Shown here: piece by piece, positions 24,855 to 38,700 of the stretch | Position numbering within the stretch: position 1 is the first letter of the stretch | How the letters are laid out: each line of letters starts with the position of its first letter | Source: Eledone cirrhosa | Lineage: Eukaryota | Assembly (NCBI GenBank): GCA_964016885.1 | Contig: OZ024741.1 | Location: forward strand, 341,372,001-341,436,000 | Length of the DNA: 64,000 nucleotides | Reading direction: 5' to 3' | Position numbers and translations under genes: made by a program | The notes under the pieces: generated by a model | Databases searched by the model: none | What the model saw: only the letters and a program-made list of their open reading frames with translations | What the model was told of the DNA's origin: nothing

Positions 24855-25420
24855 GGTGTGGGATGCTTAAAGCGTCCGTAAGCGGTAGGCCGTTTGAGCA
24901 CTCTATGCTCTGTAAGAGCAGAGTATGATATCACATAAGAAACGGAGAATCAATGTTGCAACAAATTAAATTTATTAGACATACAATCATTTCTCTGGCA
25001 ACCAGCTCAAGGCACAATCGTAATGATCGAACCTGACTCTGATATCACAAGGTTCTCAGATACGTCTTGATTCTACGAAGCAGAGTTTCCAAATGTCCTG
25101 TTACACCCACAGCCTTCACTCGGCAGCTTAGATCCTATTGTTGTCATTTGATGAGTGGTCAAGAATTGTACACGTCATCAGTATTTTTGGCCATATATTT
25201 GGTCGTATATTTGGTTCCTTTCATTTGCCACCTGTCAATCAAAGTTGTTTCTTAAATCGGAATTACTACTGTAGGAGGTAAGGGGTTGTATGATTGAACC
25301 ACTCGCGCCCTGTCGCAGCCTTCTCAACCTGTAGTCGCCCGCACCCATGTCCATGTTTCGCGCAGGCGTGGTACACATGGGCACTTATACACCCACAGCG
25401 ATCACATACACCCACAACTG
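24853..25420 (-). mobile_element. Penelope-like remnant related to 58230-58443, hammerhead eroded
   Basis: Shares TATCATACTCTGCTC-n5-GAGCATAGAGTGCTCAA with 58366-58402. Minus strand CTTGAGCTGGTTGCCAGAGAAATGATTGTA is a decayed core. Distal boundary uncertain. Confidence 0.55.
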
Positions 25421-26199
25421 TATTATATGCGACAATCACAGTAAATATTGAATGTGCAGCGAATACTTAGAAATAATTTTTTTTTAAATGGAAAAACATT
25501 TAAAAGAACGTTTCAGAAAAACACACCCTCAAAATACATAAAAAACACCATTTCACAAAAAAAAATCCTATAAAAAGAATGTTTTTAAAAGAATGCTTCA
25601 AATAGCCTTTCAAAAAAGTTATTTAAAAGGTATTTTTGATAAATATACACATATCTACACACACACACACACTGTACTCAGGAAAGCATATATACTTAAG
25701 ATGCTGCACATATATAAAGATGAAAAAATGGAAGATCTACACATACATATGCATACACTTACACAGACATGTTCATATAAAGACATCCACCCAGACATGC
25801 ATACACATGCATGTATGCATATGTGCTTGCACACACATACATACATGTACCCGCGCATGGGCATGCTTATACATCTCAAAAAAGGCACATACTTGATGAA
25901 TACCTACACATCCACACACACATACACACAGCTGTGCACATGGCGCATAAAATATCATATGAGACAACATTTTTCAGGCTTGGACCCAATCCATTCATGT
26001 GGTGATATAAGCCTGAAAGTGCATGCACAATATGCATAAATGCAATAGCTACGTAGTAGCCATGCCCTATTCACAGATAACATGGGTGGCACCTATATAT
26101 AAATACGTGTACGAACATAAAATAAAATAAAATGAAATAAGATAGAATAAAATAATGGAAAAAGGAATGTATACATGACAAAGATGCAGAGAGGGTATC

Positions 26200-26237
<38 letters not shown>

Positions 26238-27294
26238 GTTTAACGTCCATCTTCTACGCTAGCATGGGTTTGGACGGGAATTTTCCCACTTGAGGCAAGA
26301 TTGGTTGTCTTGCTCGTATAGGACTGTCTGGCGGGTTTTCTACGGCTGGATGCCCTTCCTAACACCAACCACGTTTTCAGTGTGTACTGGGAGGTTTTTA
26401 CCGTGTTACATACACGGCCACATTACAGCGTGGACTGTGTGTTTTTTTGTCGTGACACCTACACGCCCTGATTTGTTTAGGACTGGATGCTGTGGTACCA
26501 ACATAACTTTACATTGGAAGGGGTGTGGTAGTGGGACCGGGGTGTATTTTTGTTAGAGGTGCCTACTGACTGTAGGTTTCGCTCTGTACTTAGGCAAGGC
26601 GGGTCTTCTGTATAACTGTGTAGCGCCAAAGATCTCGGTCCAGTGACATTGTCTTGGAGAGATGTAAGTGTGTGAGGTCGGAATTTATCAAGTCGTCCCA
26701 GGATTTTCTGGGTCTGCCTACTCCGTGGCTACCGTCTATTTTTATCGCCCTGCACTTTTTTATACAGCTGTCGTCTTTCATGCGCATCACGTGACCATAC
26801 CAACGTAGTCTTCTCTCGAGTAAACAGCATCATTCCATTAATTTTGATCGCCCTGCACTGATCCCTCTTATTCCTAATTTCTCCCTTAGTTCATTTATGC
26901 TTTGCCGTTCACGTATATTACTATTACACATCCAGTGGAGCATGCAAGCTTCGTTCCTCTCTAGTCTGCGTATATCCTCTGTACACAATGCCCAGGTCTC
27001 ACTGCCATGTAACATTGCTGTTCGTATGCAGGCATCATACAGCCTGCCTTTCATTTTTAGTGAGAACCCTTTAGCGGCCAATAGTGGTATAAGCTCTCTG
27101 AACTTTTTCCATCCAGTTCTGACTCTAGCTACTGTACTTTCGGAGCACCCTCCACCACTGCTGATTTTGTCACCCAGGTAACGGAAGGTGTCCACTATTT
27201 CTATAGAACCATCTGTGCAATGGAATGAGCTAGTATTCTGTGGGCACTTGCTGCTACTTATTGCACCAGAGCACCGGCCACATATAAAATCTGT
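26200..27294 (-). mobile_element. 5'-truncated RTE LINE (family of 22783-24478)
   Basis: ORFs 26830-27195 and 26590-26790 are nearly identical in peptide to 22901-24115. Confidence 0.95.
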
Positions 27295-27367
27295 TCATGC
27301 CAATTCCAACCTGCCCTTCCCCTCACATTTATTATTATTACATTCATATATACGTATATATATATAT

Positions 27368-28166
27368 ATCATCATCATCATCATCATCATCATCGTTTAA
27401 CGTCCGTGTTCCACGCTTGCATGGGTTTGGACGGGGGTTTTCCCACTTGAGGCAAGAGTGATTGTCTTGCTCGCATAGGACTGTCTGGCGGGTTTTCTAC
27501 AGCTGGATGCCCTTCCTAACACCAACCACATTTTCAGTGTGGGGCTGGGAGGTTTTTACCGTGTTGCCTACACGGCCACATTACAGCGTGGACTGTGTGT
27601 TTTTTTGTCGTGACACCTACACGATCTCATTTGTTTCGGCCTGGATGTTGTGGCACCAACATAACTTTACATTGAATAGGGCGGTGTGGACGGGGTGGGG
27701 GTGGTGGGACGGGGATGTATTTTGTTAGAGATGCCTACTGACTGTAGTAGGTTTTACTTTGTATTTAGGTAAGGCGGGTCTTCTCTATTACTGAGTACCG
27801 CCAAAGGTCTCGGTCCAGTGACATTGTCTTGGAGAGGTGTAAGTGTGTGAGGTGGGAATTTATCAGCTCATCCCAGGTTTTTCTGGGTCTGCCTACTCCG
27901 TGGCTACCGTCTATCTTTATTGCCTTGCACTTTGTTATACAGCTGTCGTTTTTCATGCGCATCACGTGACCATACCAACGTAGCCTTCTCTCGAGTAAAC
28001 AACATCTGATCCCTCTTATTTCTAATTTTTTCCTTAGTTCGCTTATGCTTTGCCGTTCACGTATGTTACTATTACACATCCAGCGGAGCATGCAAGCTTC
28101 GTTCCTCTCCAGTCTGCGTATATCCTCTGCACACAATGCCCAGGTCTCACTGCCATGCAACATTGC
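27368..28166 (-). mobile_element. 5'-truncated RTE LINE (family of 22783-24478)
   Basis: AMLHGSETW..LRWYGHV..RPRKTW plus the 3' UTR and tail. Confidence 0.95.
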
Positions 28167-28178
28167 AATATCATTATA

Positions 28179-28225
<47 letters not shown>

Positions 28226-28229
<4 letters not shown>

Positions 28230-28453
28230 TAAAAGGAATTCCAACTTGGTCTGATTCACTTGTCTTATTTACAGTCCTTTAAAATTATAATGATATTGTC
28301 ATGAAATAGTATGGTAGAATATTAAATTTTAAGTGTCAATTAACACTTAAAATTTAATATTCTGCCATACTATTTCATTATAATATCATTATAATTTTAA
28401 AGGATTATAAATAAAATGAGTGAATCAGACAAAGTTGGAATTTCTTTTATTAA
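28226..28453. repeat. ~228-bp imperfect palindrome with a short unique tail, between (TA)n tracts
   Basis: Arms symmetric about AAGTGT-CAATTA-ACACTT (28331-28348). No hammerhead core seen. Confidence 0.9.
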
Positions 28454-28501
28454 CATTATCTTCAATACACAATCATACACACCCGTGTATATTTATCTAT
28501 T

Positions 28502-28547
<46 letters not shown>

Positions 28548-28644
28548 CACACATACATACATATATATATATGTATATATATATAGGATAACAAGTTATC
28601 ATTATAGGTAATCTGCGCCGTGGATAGTTTTAACGTACGGCTTT

Positions 28645-28763
28645 GTTTACGGCCATATCACGCTGAAAATACCGGTTCCTGTCTGATCACCGAAGTTAAG
28701 CAACGTCGAGCCTAGTTAGTACTTAGATGAGTGACCGCTTGGGAACCCTAGGTGCCGTAAGCA
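28645..28763 (+). rRNA. Solitary 5S rRNA gene or pseudogene
   Basis: GTTTACGGCCATATCACGCTGAA..GATCACCGAAGTTAAGCAACGTCGAGCCTAGTTAGTACTTAGATGAGTGACCGCTTGGGAACCCTAGGTGCCGTAAGCA. 119 nt with terminal helix TTACGGC/GCCGTAA. Only TTT downstream. Confidence 0.92.
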
Positions 28764-28796
28764 TTTACTGCTATATATATATATATTTTTATTCAA

Positions 28797-31117
28797 CGCC
28801 TATGACAGTAGAGACATTCAATGTGGAAGAGCACTGGGAGTTCCTAAAAAATAACTTTCTAAAGGTGACGGATGAGATCTGTGGCTGGAGTAAGACCACA
28901 GGCAGGGGGAGAGTGACTTGGTGGCAGAACAATAAGGTAGATGAGGCAGTTAAGGCCAAGAGACAGGCATGGAAAGTATGGAAGAACGGGGGAAGCAGGG
29001 TACATTACATAGAGACCAGGAGGGAAGCTAGGCGACAAGTATACTTAGCTAAGAGGGAAGCAGAGGATAGAAAATTCAAGCATGTTTTGCAACGTAAGGA
29101 CCAGAAACAGGAGGTGTTCGAGATTGTGAGGCAGTGTGTCAGAGAGAATTGTGATGTCATTGGAGAGAAGTGTATCCGGAATGATAAAGGTGAGCTTGCC
29201 CTCACAAGTGCTGAGAAGAAAGATGCGTGGAAGAGCCATTATGATAGATTACTAAATAAGGAGAATGCATGGGAAAAAGAGACCCTACCCCAAGTAGACC
29301 CTATAGAGGGGCCAGCAGTACAAGTCAGCAGCAGCATAGTAAGTAAGGTAATCAAAGATATGAAGATGGGGAAAGCAACCGGTCTATCGGGTATAGCTGC
29401 CGAGATACTGAAGGCATCTGGGTCGGTAGGTCACACCATAACCACACATATTGTTAACCAGGTAATACTAGAGTGTGTCATACCAAAGGATTGGTGCAGT
29501 AGCATCATTGTCAACTGCTACAAAGGTAAATGTGATGCACTAGATAGAGGAAACTATAGAGGTATAAAGCTGATGGACCAGGTCATGACAGTAACAGAAA
29601 GAGTTATAGCACAGTTGATTAGGGACCGGGTGAAACTAGATGAGATGCAATTTAGGTTTGTGCCAGGAAGCGGCACCACTGATGCCCTCTTCCTTGAGAG
29701 GCAGTTACAGGAAAAGTACCTAGCTAAAAGTAAGCCACTCTACCTGGCATTCGTTGATCTCGAGAAAGCCTTTGACAGAATTCCACGTGCTATAATCTGG
29801 TGGGATCTTAGAAAACTAGGAGTAGATGAATGGCTTGTGAAAGCTGTACAAGCCATGTATAGAGGAGCAGTCAGCAAAGATAGGATTAGCAATGAGTATA
29901 GCGAGGAATTTAGCGTACAGGTCGATGTCCACCAGGGCTCTGTTCTTAGCCCTCTCCTGTTCATCATAGTCCTGCAGGCAATAATGGAGGAGTTTAAGAC
30001 CGGATGCCCATGGGAACTCTTGTATGCAGATGACCTCACACTTATAGCTGAATCTATGGTAGAACTAGAGAAGAAATTTCAAACTTGGAAGCAGAGACTA
30101 GAAAGAAAGGGTCTCAAAGTCAACCTGACAAAGACTAAAGTCCTTGTAAGTAGACGGGAAAACAGAACCCAGATCCCCTCAGGGAAATGGTCTTGCTCAG
30201 TATGTAGGAAAGGTGTACCACCAAACTCTGGGAGGGCTCTGTAGAAACAGTAGACAGCTTCTGCTACCTAGGTGACCGAATTAGCAGCAGAGGTGTATGT
30301 TCGGAAAGTACAATAACTAGGGTAAGAACGGGATGACAGAAGTTCAGGGAGCTACTGCCACTGCTAGCTGCAAAAGGCTTTTCTCTCAAAATGAAAGCCA
30401 GACTGTATGATGCGTGTATATGAACAGCAATGTTACATGGTAGTGAGACCTGGGCGCTGTCTGTGGAAGACTTGCGTAGATTAGAAAGAAACGAAGCCTG
30501 CATGCTCCGATGGATGTGTAATAGTAATATACGCAAACGGCAAAGCATAAATGAATTGACAGAGGGACTGAGCATAAGAGGAATCAAATGCTGTGTGCAG
30601 GAGAGGCAGTTGTGTAGTTGTGTTGGTATGGACATGTGATATGTATGAAGGGTGACAGCTGCATAAAAAGGTGCAAGGCACTAGAAGTCGATGGAAACCG
30701 CGGAGTGGGGAGACCCAAGAAGACCTGGGATGAGGTGATAAAAGCCGACCCAATTACACCTCTCAAAGGCGATGACACACGACCGTGACCCCTGGCGTCA
30801 CGCAGTAATACAGAAGACGCGACCCCCACCCAACGGGTACAAGCCGAAGCTGAAGTATATAGACAATATGCCCCCACACCTTCCCACTGCAAAGTGATCG
30901 TGGGGGTGCCACAGCAAAAAAGTACCCAGCACTCACTGTAAATGAGGTTGGTGTTAGGAAGGGCATCCAGCTGTAGAAATCAAGCCAAAATCAGTTCCCG
31001 TATGAGCAAGACAAGGTCAGCCGACAGGACACTGCCCACAACAGGACAACCCGTCTAACCCATACTAGCGTGGAAGAACAGACGTAAAACGGTGATGATG
31101 ATGATGATGATGATGAT
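28797..31117 (+). mobile_element. 5'-truncated RTE LINE, second subfamily, with an internal deletion near 30215
   Basis: RT motifs AFVDLEKAFD, HQGSVLSPLLF and LLYADD; stops and frameshifts downstream; (GAT)n tail. Confidence 0.97.
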
Positions 31118-31174
31118 ATATATATATATACATATATATGTAGATACATACACACATATATATATATATAGTGT

Positions 31175-31213
<39 letters not shown>

Positions 31214-31589
31214 TTGCAAATTCATATTTACAACATACAATTTTTGTAAAATCATTGAGTGAGTGGATAACAGTGATTCGAGACAAAATCTAATTGTCTG
31301 GCACTTCATAATTAATGTTTATTTTTCCCTAGTAACAGATAGGCCTTTGATCGTTAGTTGAACATTATTTTTTTTTATATCTCTCGATTTCCACATATTA
31401 TGTACTTCTGTTTTTTTTTTTTTTTTTTTTGGGTATTCACATAGCTACCTTGGTTGAGAACTATGGCACACGTTTCAAACTATTTCAATTTAACTGCCAA
31501 TAGTGTGCTTTGTTCTAACAATGAAATTTGACTACTTGTCACATGATGCTGCACAATGAGGAACTGCTGCCATCATCATAGTGAGATTA

Positions 31590-31777
31590 TACAAGGATTG
31601 GCAGTGTCGGTAGAGTGTCGGACGCCATGCTTTGACATATAGAGTTATGGCCCTTGCCATTCTGAGTTTAAATCCCGCCGAGGTTAACTTTGCCTTTCAT
31701 CCTTACGGGGTCGATAAAATAAAGTACCAGTAATGCACTGGGTAATAGTTGGCCTTGTGCCAAACGTAGAAACAATT
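31590..31777 (+). mobile_element. tRNA-derived SINE with a 15-bp target-site duplication
   Basis: TSD ATCATAGTGAGATTA at 31575-31589 and 31778-31792. Confidence 0.92.
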
Positions 31778-32120
31778 ATCATAGTGAGATTAATTTTAGT
31801 CCTTGCTGGTATCTCAGACGAATTTCCTCGCTAAAATTTAGAACTGAACCCCACAGAAGAAACGCAACATCAGTGCTGACAACCCGGACTTTCTGTGATT
31901 TTTTTTTTAAGAAATAACTAATAAATGTTTTGCTAATGTATCAAATGTGCAAAGGATGTGGCGATGAAACCTTACAGTTTGAAGCACTTTTTGTATTCCC
32001 CCACACAAACCCATCAATCCACTATATAACATATTGTGTCCACTCTGATATGCAAATTCATATTTACAACATACAAAATATGAAATCTAATTGTCTGGCT
32101 CATTATAATTAATGTATATA

Positions 32121-32157
<37 letters not shown>

Positions 32158-32162
<5 letters not shown>

Positions 32163-32445
32163 GATATTAATAAATGGAAACTATATTTATAAAACCATAT
32201 TTATTTCATTATATATATTTCAGAGATACCAAATTAAATTATGGTATGCCTTCATCAGACAAAATACAATATATAACAGTTTTACAAATAAGCTTTGACG
32301 TACCCTATTAAAATGCAACCAATGTTTTTGGAATATAGTTTCCATTTATTAATATCGTATATCTACTCCAAATACTTGTTGAGTGCTTTATATCAGTTAT
32401 AAAAATATTTACTTGTTGTATCCCAACAATTTTAAATAGAACTTT

Positions 32446-32450
<5 letters not shown>
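32158..32450. mobile_element. Penelope-like inverted pseudo-LTR remnant in (TA)n (family of 50350-50800)
   Basis: ~29-bp inverted repeat (ATACGATATTAATAAATGGAAACTATATT), an internal hammerhead and a ~90-bp tail that is the reverse complement of 50350-50440. Confidence 0.8.
32202..32266 (-). ncRNA. Minimal type I hammerhead ribozyme
   Basis: Stem I TATTTTGT/ATGAAATA; core CTGATGA; stem II AGG-C-ATACCA/TGGTAT-C-TCT; GAAA-T-ATAT-ATA. Confidence 0.8.
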
Positions 32451-32499
<49 letters not shown>

Positions 32500-32500
<1 letters not shown>

Positions 32501-32685
32501 TAAAACAGAAAACAAAAAACAAAAACAAAGCGAAGAATGCAGTACAAAGTGTTAGTATTAGGTTCACGCTTGAGATTGGGGGATGGGGGACGACGTTTCG
32601 GGCAAAACCCCTTCATCAGGAGAAAAGTGGGCAGGAAAAGAGTTCCGAGGGTGTGAGTTGAGGTGGTGGAAAAGACATTAAATGG
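32500..32685 (-). mobile_element. Penelope-like 3' remnant with a hammerhead-like core lacking stem I (homologous to 55690-55865)
   Basis: CTGATGAAGGGGTTTTGCCCGAAACGTCGTC on the minus strand (32589-32619). Downstream AAGCGTGAACCTAATA matches AAGCATGAAGCTAATA at ~55805. Confidence 0.65.
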
Positions 32686-32710
32686 GGGGGGGGGGGGGAA
32701 TATATATATA

Positions 32711-35700
32711 CATACTACACTATATACTACATTATATACTATACTATATACTACATTATATACTATACTATATACCACACTGTATACTACAGTATATACT
32801 ACACTGTATACTACACTATATACTACACTATATACTACACTATATACTACACTATGAACTACACTATATACTACACTATATACTATACTATATACTACAC
32901 TATATACTACACTATATACGATATACTATATTATATACTACACTACATACTACACTATATACGACACTATATACTATACTATATACTACACTATATACTA
33001 TACTATATACTACACTATATACTATGCTATATACTATATCATATACTACCCTATATACTATACTATATACTACACATATACTACACTATATACTACACTA
33101 TATACTACACTATATACTATACTATATACTATACTATATACTACACTATATACTATACTACATACTACACTATATACTATACTATATATTATGCTATATA
33201 CTATACTATATACTACACTATATACTACAGTATATACTATACTATATACTACACTATATACTACACTATATATTATACTATATACTACACTATATACTAT
33301 ACTATATACTACACTATATACTACACTGTATACTACACTATATACTACACTGCATACTACACTGTATACTACATATATACTACACTATATACTACACTAT
33401 ATACTACACTATATACTATACTATATACCACACTGTATACTACAGTATATACTACACTGTATACTACACTATATACTACACTATATACTACACTATGAAC
33501 TACACTATATACTACACTATATACTATACTATATACTACACTATATACTACACTATATACGATATACTATATTATATACTACACTACATACTACACTATA
33601 TACTACACTATATACTATACTATATACTACACTATATACTACACTATATACTATACTATATACTACACTATATACTATGCTATATACTATATCATATACT
33701 ACCCTATATACTATACTATATACTACACATATACTACACTATATACTACACTATATACTACACTATATACTATAATATATACTACACTGTATACTACACT
33801 ATATACAATACTGTATACTACACTATATACTACACTGTATACTATACTATATACTACACTATATACTATACTATATACTACACTATATACTACACTATAT
33901 ACTGCACTATATACTACACTATATACTACACTATATACTACACAATATACTACATTATATACCACACTATATACTACACTATATACTACACTATATACTA
34001 CACTATATACTACACTATATACTACACTATATACTATACTGTATATTACACTATATACTATACTATATACTACACTATATATTACACTATATACTATACT
34101 ATATACTACACTATATAGTATGCTATATACTATATTATATACTACACTATATACTATACTATATACTACACATATACTACACTATATACTACACTATATA
34201 CTACACTATATACTACACTATATACTATACTATATACTACACTATATACTATACTATATACTACACTATATACTACACTATGTACTATACTATATACTAT
34301 ACTATATACTACACTATATACTACACTATATACTACACTATATACTACACTATATACTAACTATATACTACACTATATACTATACTATATAATGCACTAT
34401 ATACTATATACTACACTATATACTACACTATATATTACACTATATACTACACTATATACTATACTATATACTACACTATATACTACACTATATATTATAC
34501 TATATACTACACTATATACTATACTATATACTACACTGTATACTACACTGTATACTACACTGTATACTACACTATATACTACACTGTATACTACACTGTA
34601 TACTACACTATATACTACACTATATACTACACTATATACTACACTATGAACTACACTATATACTATACTATATACTATACTATATACTACACTATATACT
34701 ACACTATATACTATATACTATCCTATATACTATACTATATAGTACACTATATACTACACAATATACTATACTATATACTACACTATATACTACACTATAT
34801 ACTACACTATATACTACACTATATACTATACTATATACTACACTATATACTATACTATATACTACACTATATACTATACTATATACTATACTATATAATA
34901 CACTATATACTACACTATATACTACACTATATACTATACTATATACTACACTATATACTATACTATATACTACACTATATACTATAATATATACTACACT
35001 GTATACTACACTGTATACTATACTATATACTACACTATATACTACACTATATACTACACTATATACTACACTATATACTATACTATATACTATACTATAT
35101 ACTACACTATATACTATACTATATACTACACTATATACTACACTATATACTATATACTATCCTATATACTATACTATATAGTACACTATATACTACACAA
35201 TATACTATACTATATACTACACTATATACTACACTATATACTATACTATATACTACACTATATACTATACTATATACTATACTATATAATACACTATATA
35301 CTACACTATATACTACACTATATACTATACTATATACTACACTATATACTATACTATATACTACACTATATACTATAATATATACTACACTGTATACTAC
35401 ACTGTATACTATACTATATACTATACTATATACTACACTATATACTACACTATGAACTACACTATATACTATACTATATACTATACTATATACTACACTA
35501 TATACTACACTATATACTATATACTATCCTATATACTATACTATATAGTACACTATATACTACACAATATATTACACAATATACTATACTATATACTACA
35601 CTATATACTACACTATATACTACACTATATACTATACTATATACTATACTATATAACACACTATATACTACACTATATACTACACTATATAATACACTAT

Positions 35701-38700
35701 ATACTACACTATATACTACACTATATACTATACTATATACTACACTATATACTATAATATATACTACACAGTATACTACACTGAATACTATACTATATAC
35801 TACACTATATACTACACTATATACTATACTATATACTACACTATATACTTCACTATATACTACACTATATACTATACTATATACTACACTATATACTACA
35901 CTATATACTACACTATATACTACACTATATACTATACAATATACTAACTATATACTACATTAGATACTATACTTTATACTACACCATATACTATACTATA
36001 TACTACATATGCTATACTACACTGTATATGCTATACTACACTGTATACTACATTATATACTATACTATATACTACACTATATACCACACTATATACTACA
36101 CTATCTACTACACTATATACTATACTGTATACTACACAATATACTATAATGTATACTACACTATATACTATACTATATACTACACTATATACTACAGTAT
36201 ATACTATACTATATACTACACTATATACTACACTATATATTATACTATATACTACACTATATGCTATACTATATACTACACTATATACTACACTGTATAC
36301 TACACTGTATACTACACTATATACTACACTATATACTACACTATATTCTACACTATATACTACACTATGAACTACACTATATACTATACTATATACTATA
36401 CCATATACTACACTATATACTACACTATATACTATATACTATACTATATACTATACTATATAGTACACTATATACTACACAATATACTACACAATATACT
36501 ATACTATATACTACACTATATACTACACTATATACTACACTATATACTATATTATATACTACACTATATACTACACTATATACTATACTATATACTATAC
36601 TATATACTATACTATATACCATACTATATACTACACTATATACTACACTATATACTATACTATATACTACACTATATACTATACTATATACTACACTATA
36701 TACTATACTATATACTACACTATATACTATACTATATAATACACTGTATACTACACTATATACTACACTATATACTATATGACACACTATATACTACACT
36801 ATATACTATATACTACACTATATACTACACTATATACTACACTATATAATACACTATATACTACACTATATACTACACTATATACTATACTATATACTAC
36901 ACTATATACTATACTATATACTACACTATATACTATACTATATACTACACTGTATACTACACTATATACTACACTGTATACTATACTATATACTACACTA
37001 TATACTATACTATATACTACACTATATACTACACTATATACCACACTATATACTACACTATATACTACACTATATACTACACTATATACTACACTATATA
37101 CTATACTATATACTACACTATATACTATACTATATACTACACTATATACTATACTATATACTACACTGTATACTACACTATATACTACACTATATACTAC
37201 ACTATATACTATACTATATACTACACTATATACTATACTATATACTACACTATATACTACACTACATACTACACTATATACTACACTATATACTATACTA
37301 TATACTACACTATATACTACACTATATACTACACTATATACTATACTATATACTATGCTATATACTATATCATATACTACCCTATATACTATATACTACA
37401 CTATATACTACACTATATACTACACTATATACTATACTACATACTATACTATATACTACACTATATACTATACTACATACTACACTATATACTATACTAT
37501 ATATTATGCTATATACTATACTATATACTACACTATATACTACAGTATATACTATACTATATACTACACTATATACTACACTGTATACTACACTGTATAC
37601 TACACTATATACTACACTATATACTACACTATATACTACACTATATACTACACTATGAACTACACTATATACTATACTATATACTATACTATATACTACA
37701 CTATATACTACACTATATACTATATACTATACTATATACTACACTATATACTACACTATATACTATACTATATACTATACTATATAACACACTATATACT
37801 ACACTATATACTATATACTACACTATATACTCCACTATATAATACACTATATAATACACTATATACTACACTATATACTACACTATATACTATACTATAT
37901 ACTACACTATATACTATACTATATACTACACTATATACTATAATATATACTACACTGTATACTACACTATATACAATACTGTATACTACACTATATACTA
38001 CACTGTATACTATACTATATACTACACTATATACTATACTATATACTACACTATATACTACACCATATACCACACTATATACTACATTATATACTACACT
38101 ATATACTACACTATATACTACACTATATACCACACTATATACTACACTATATACTACACTATATACTACACTATATACTACACTATATACTATACTGTAT
38201 ACTACACTATATACTATACTATATACTACACTATATACTACACTATATACTATACTATATACTACACTATATAGTAAGCTATATACTATATTATATACTA
38301 CACTATATACTATACTATATACTACACATATACTACACTATATACTACACTATATACTACACTATATACTACACTATATACTATACTATATACTATACTA
38401 TATAACAAACTATATACTACACTATATACTATATACTACACTATATACTACACTATATAATACACTATATAATACACTATATACTACACTATATACTACA
38501 CTATATACTATACTATATACTACACTATATACTATACTATATACTACACTATATACTATAATATATACTACACTGTATACTACACTATATACAATACTGT
38601 ATACCACACTATATACTACACTATATACTACACTATATACTACACTATATACTATACTGTATACTACACTATATACTACACTATATACTATACTATATAC

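Noticed and set aside
25085-25185. CTGATGA...GAAAC on the minus strand
   Set aside because: No stem II or stem I pairing found.
28727-30244. Intact 505-aa RT gene
   Set aside because: The ORF start lies in the 5S copy and reads through (TA)n. The element is 5'-truncated, internally deleted and has downstream stops.
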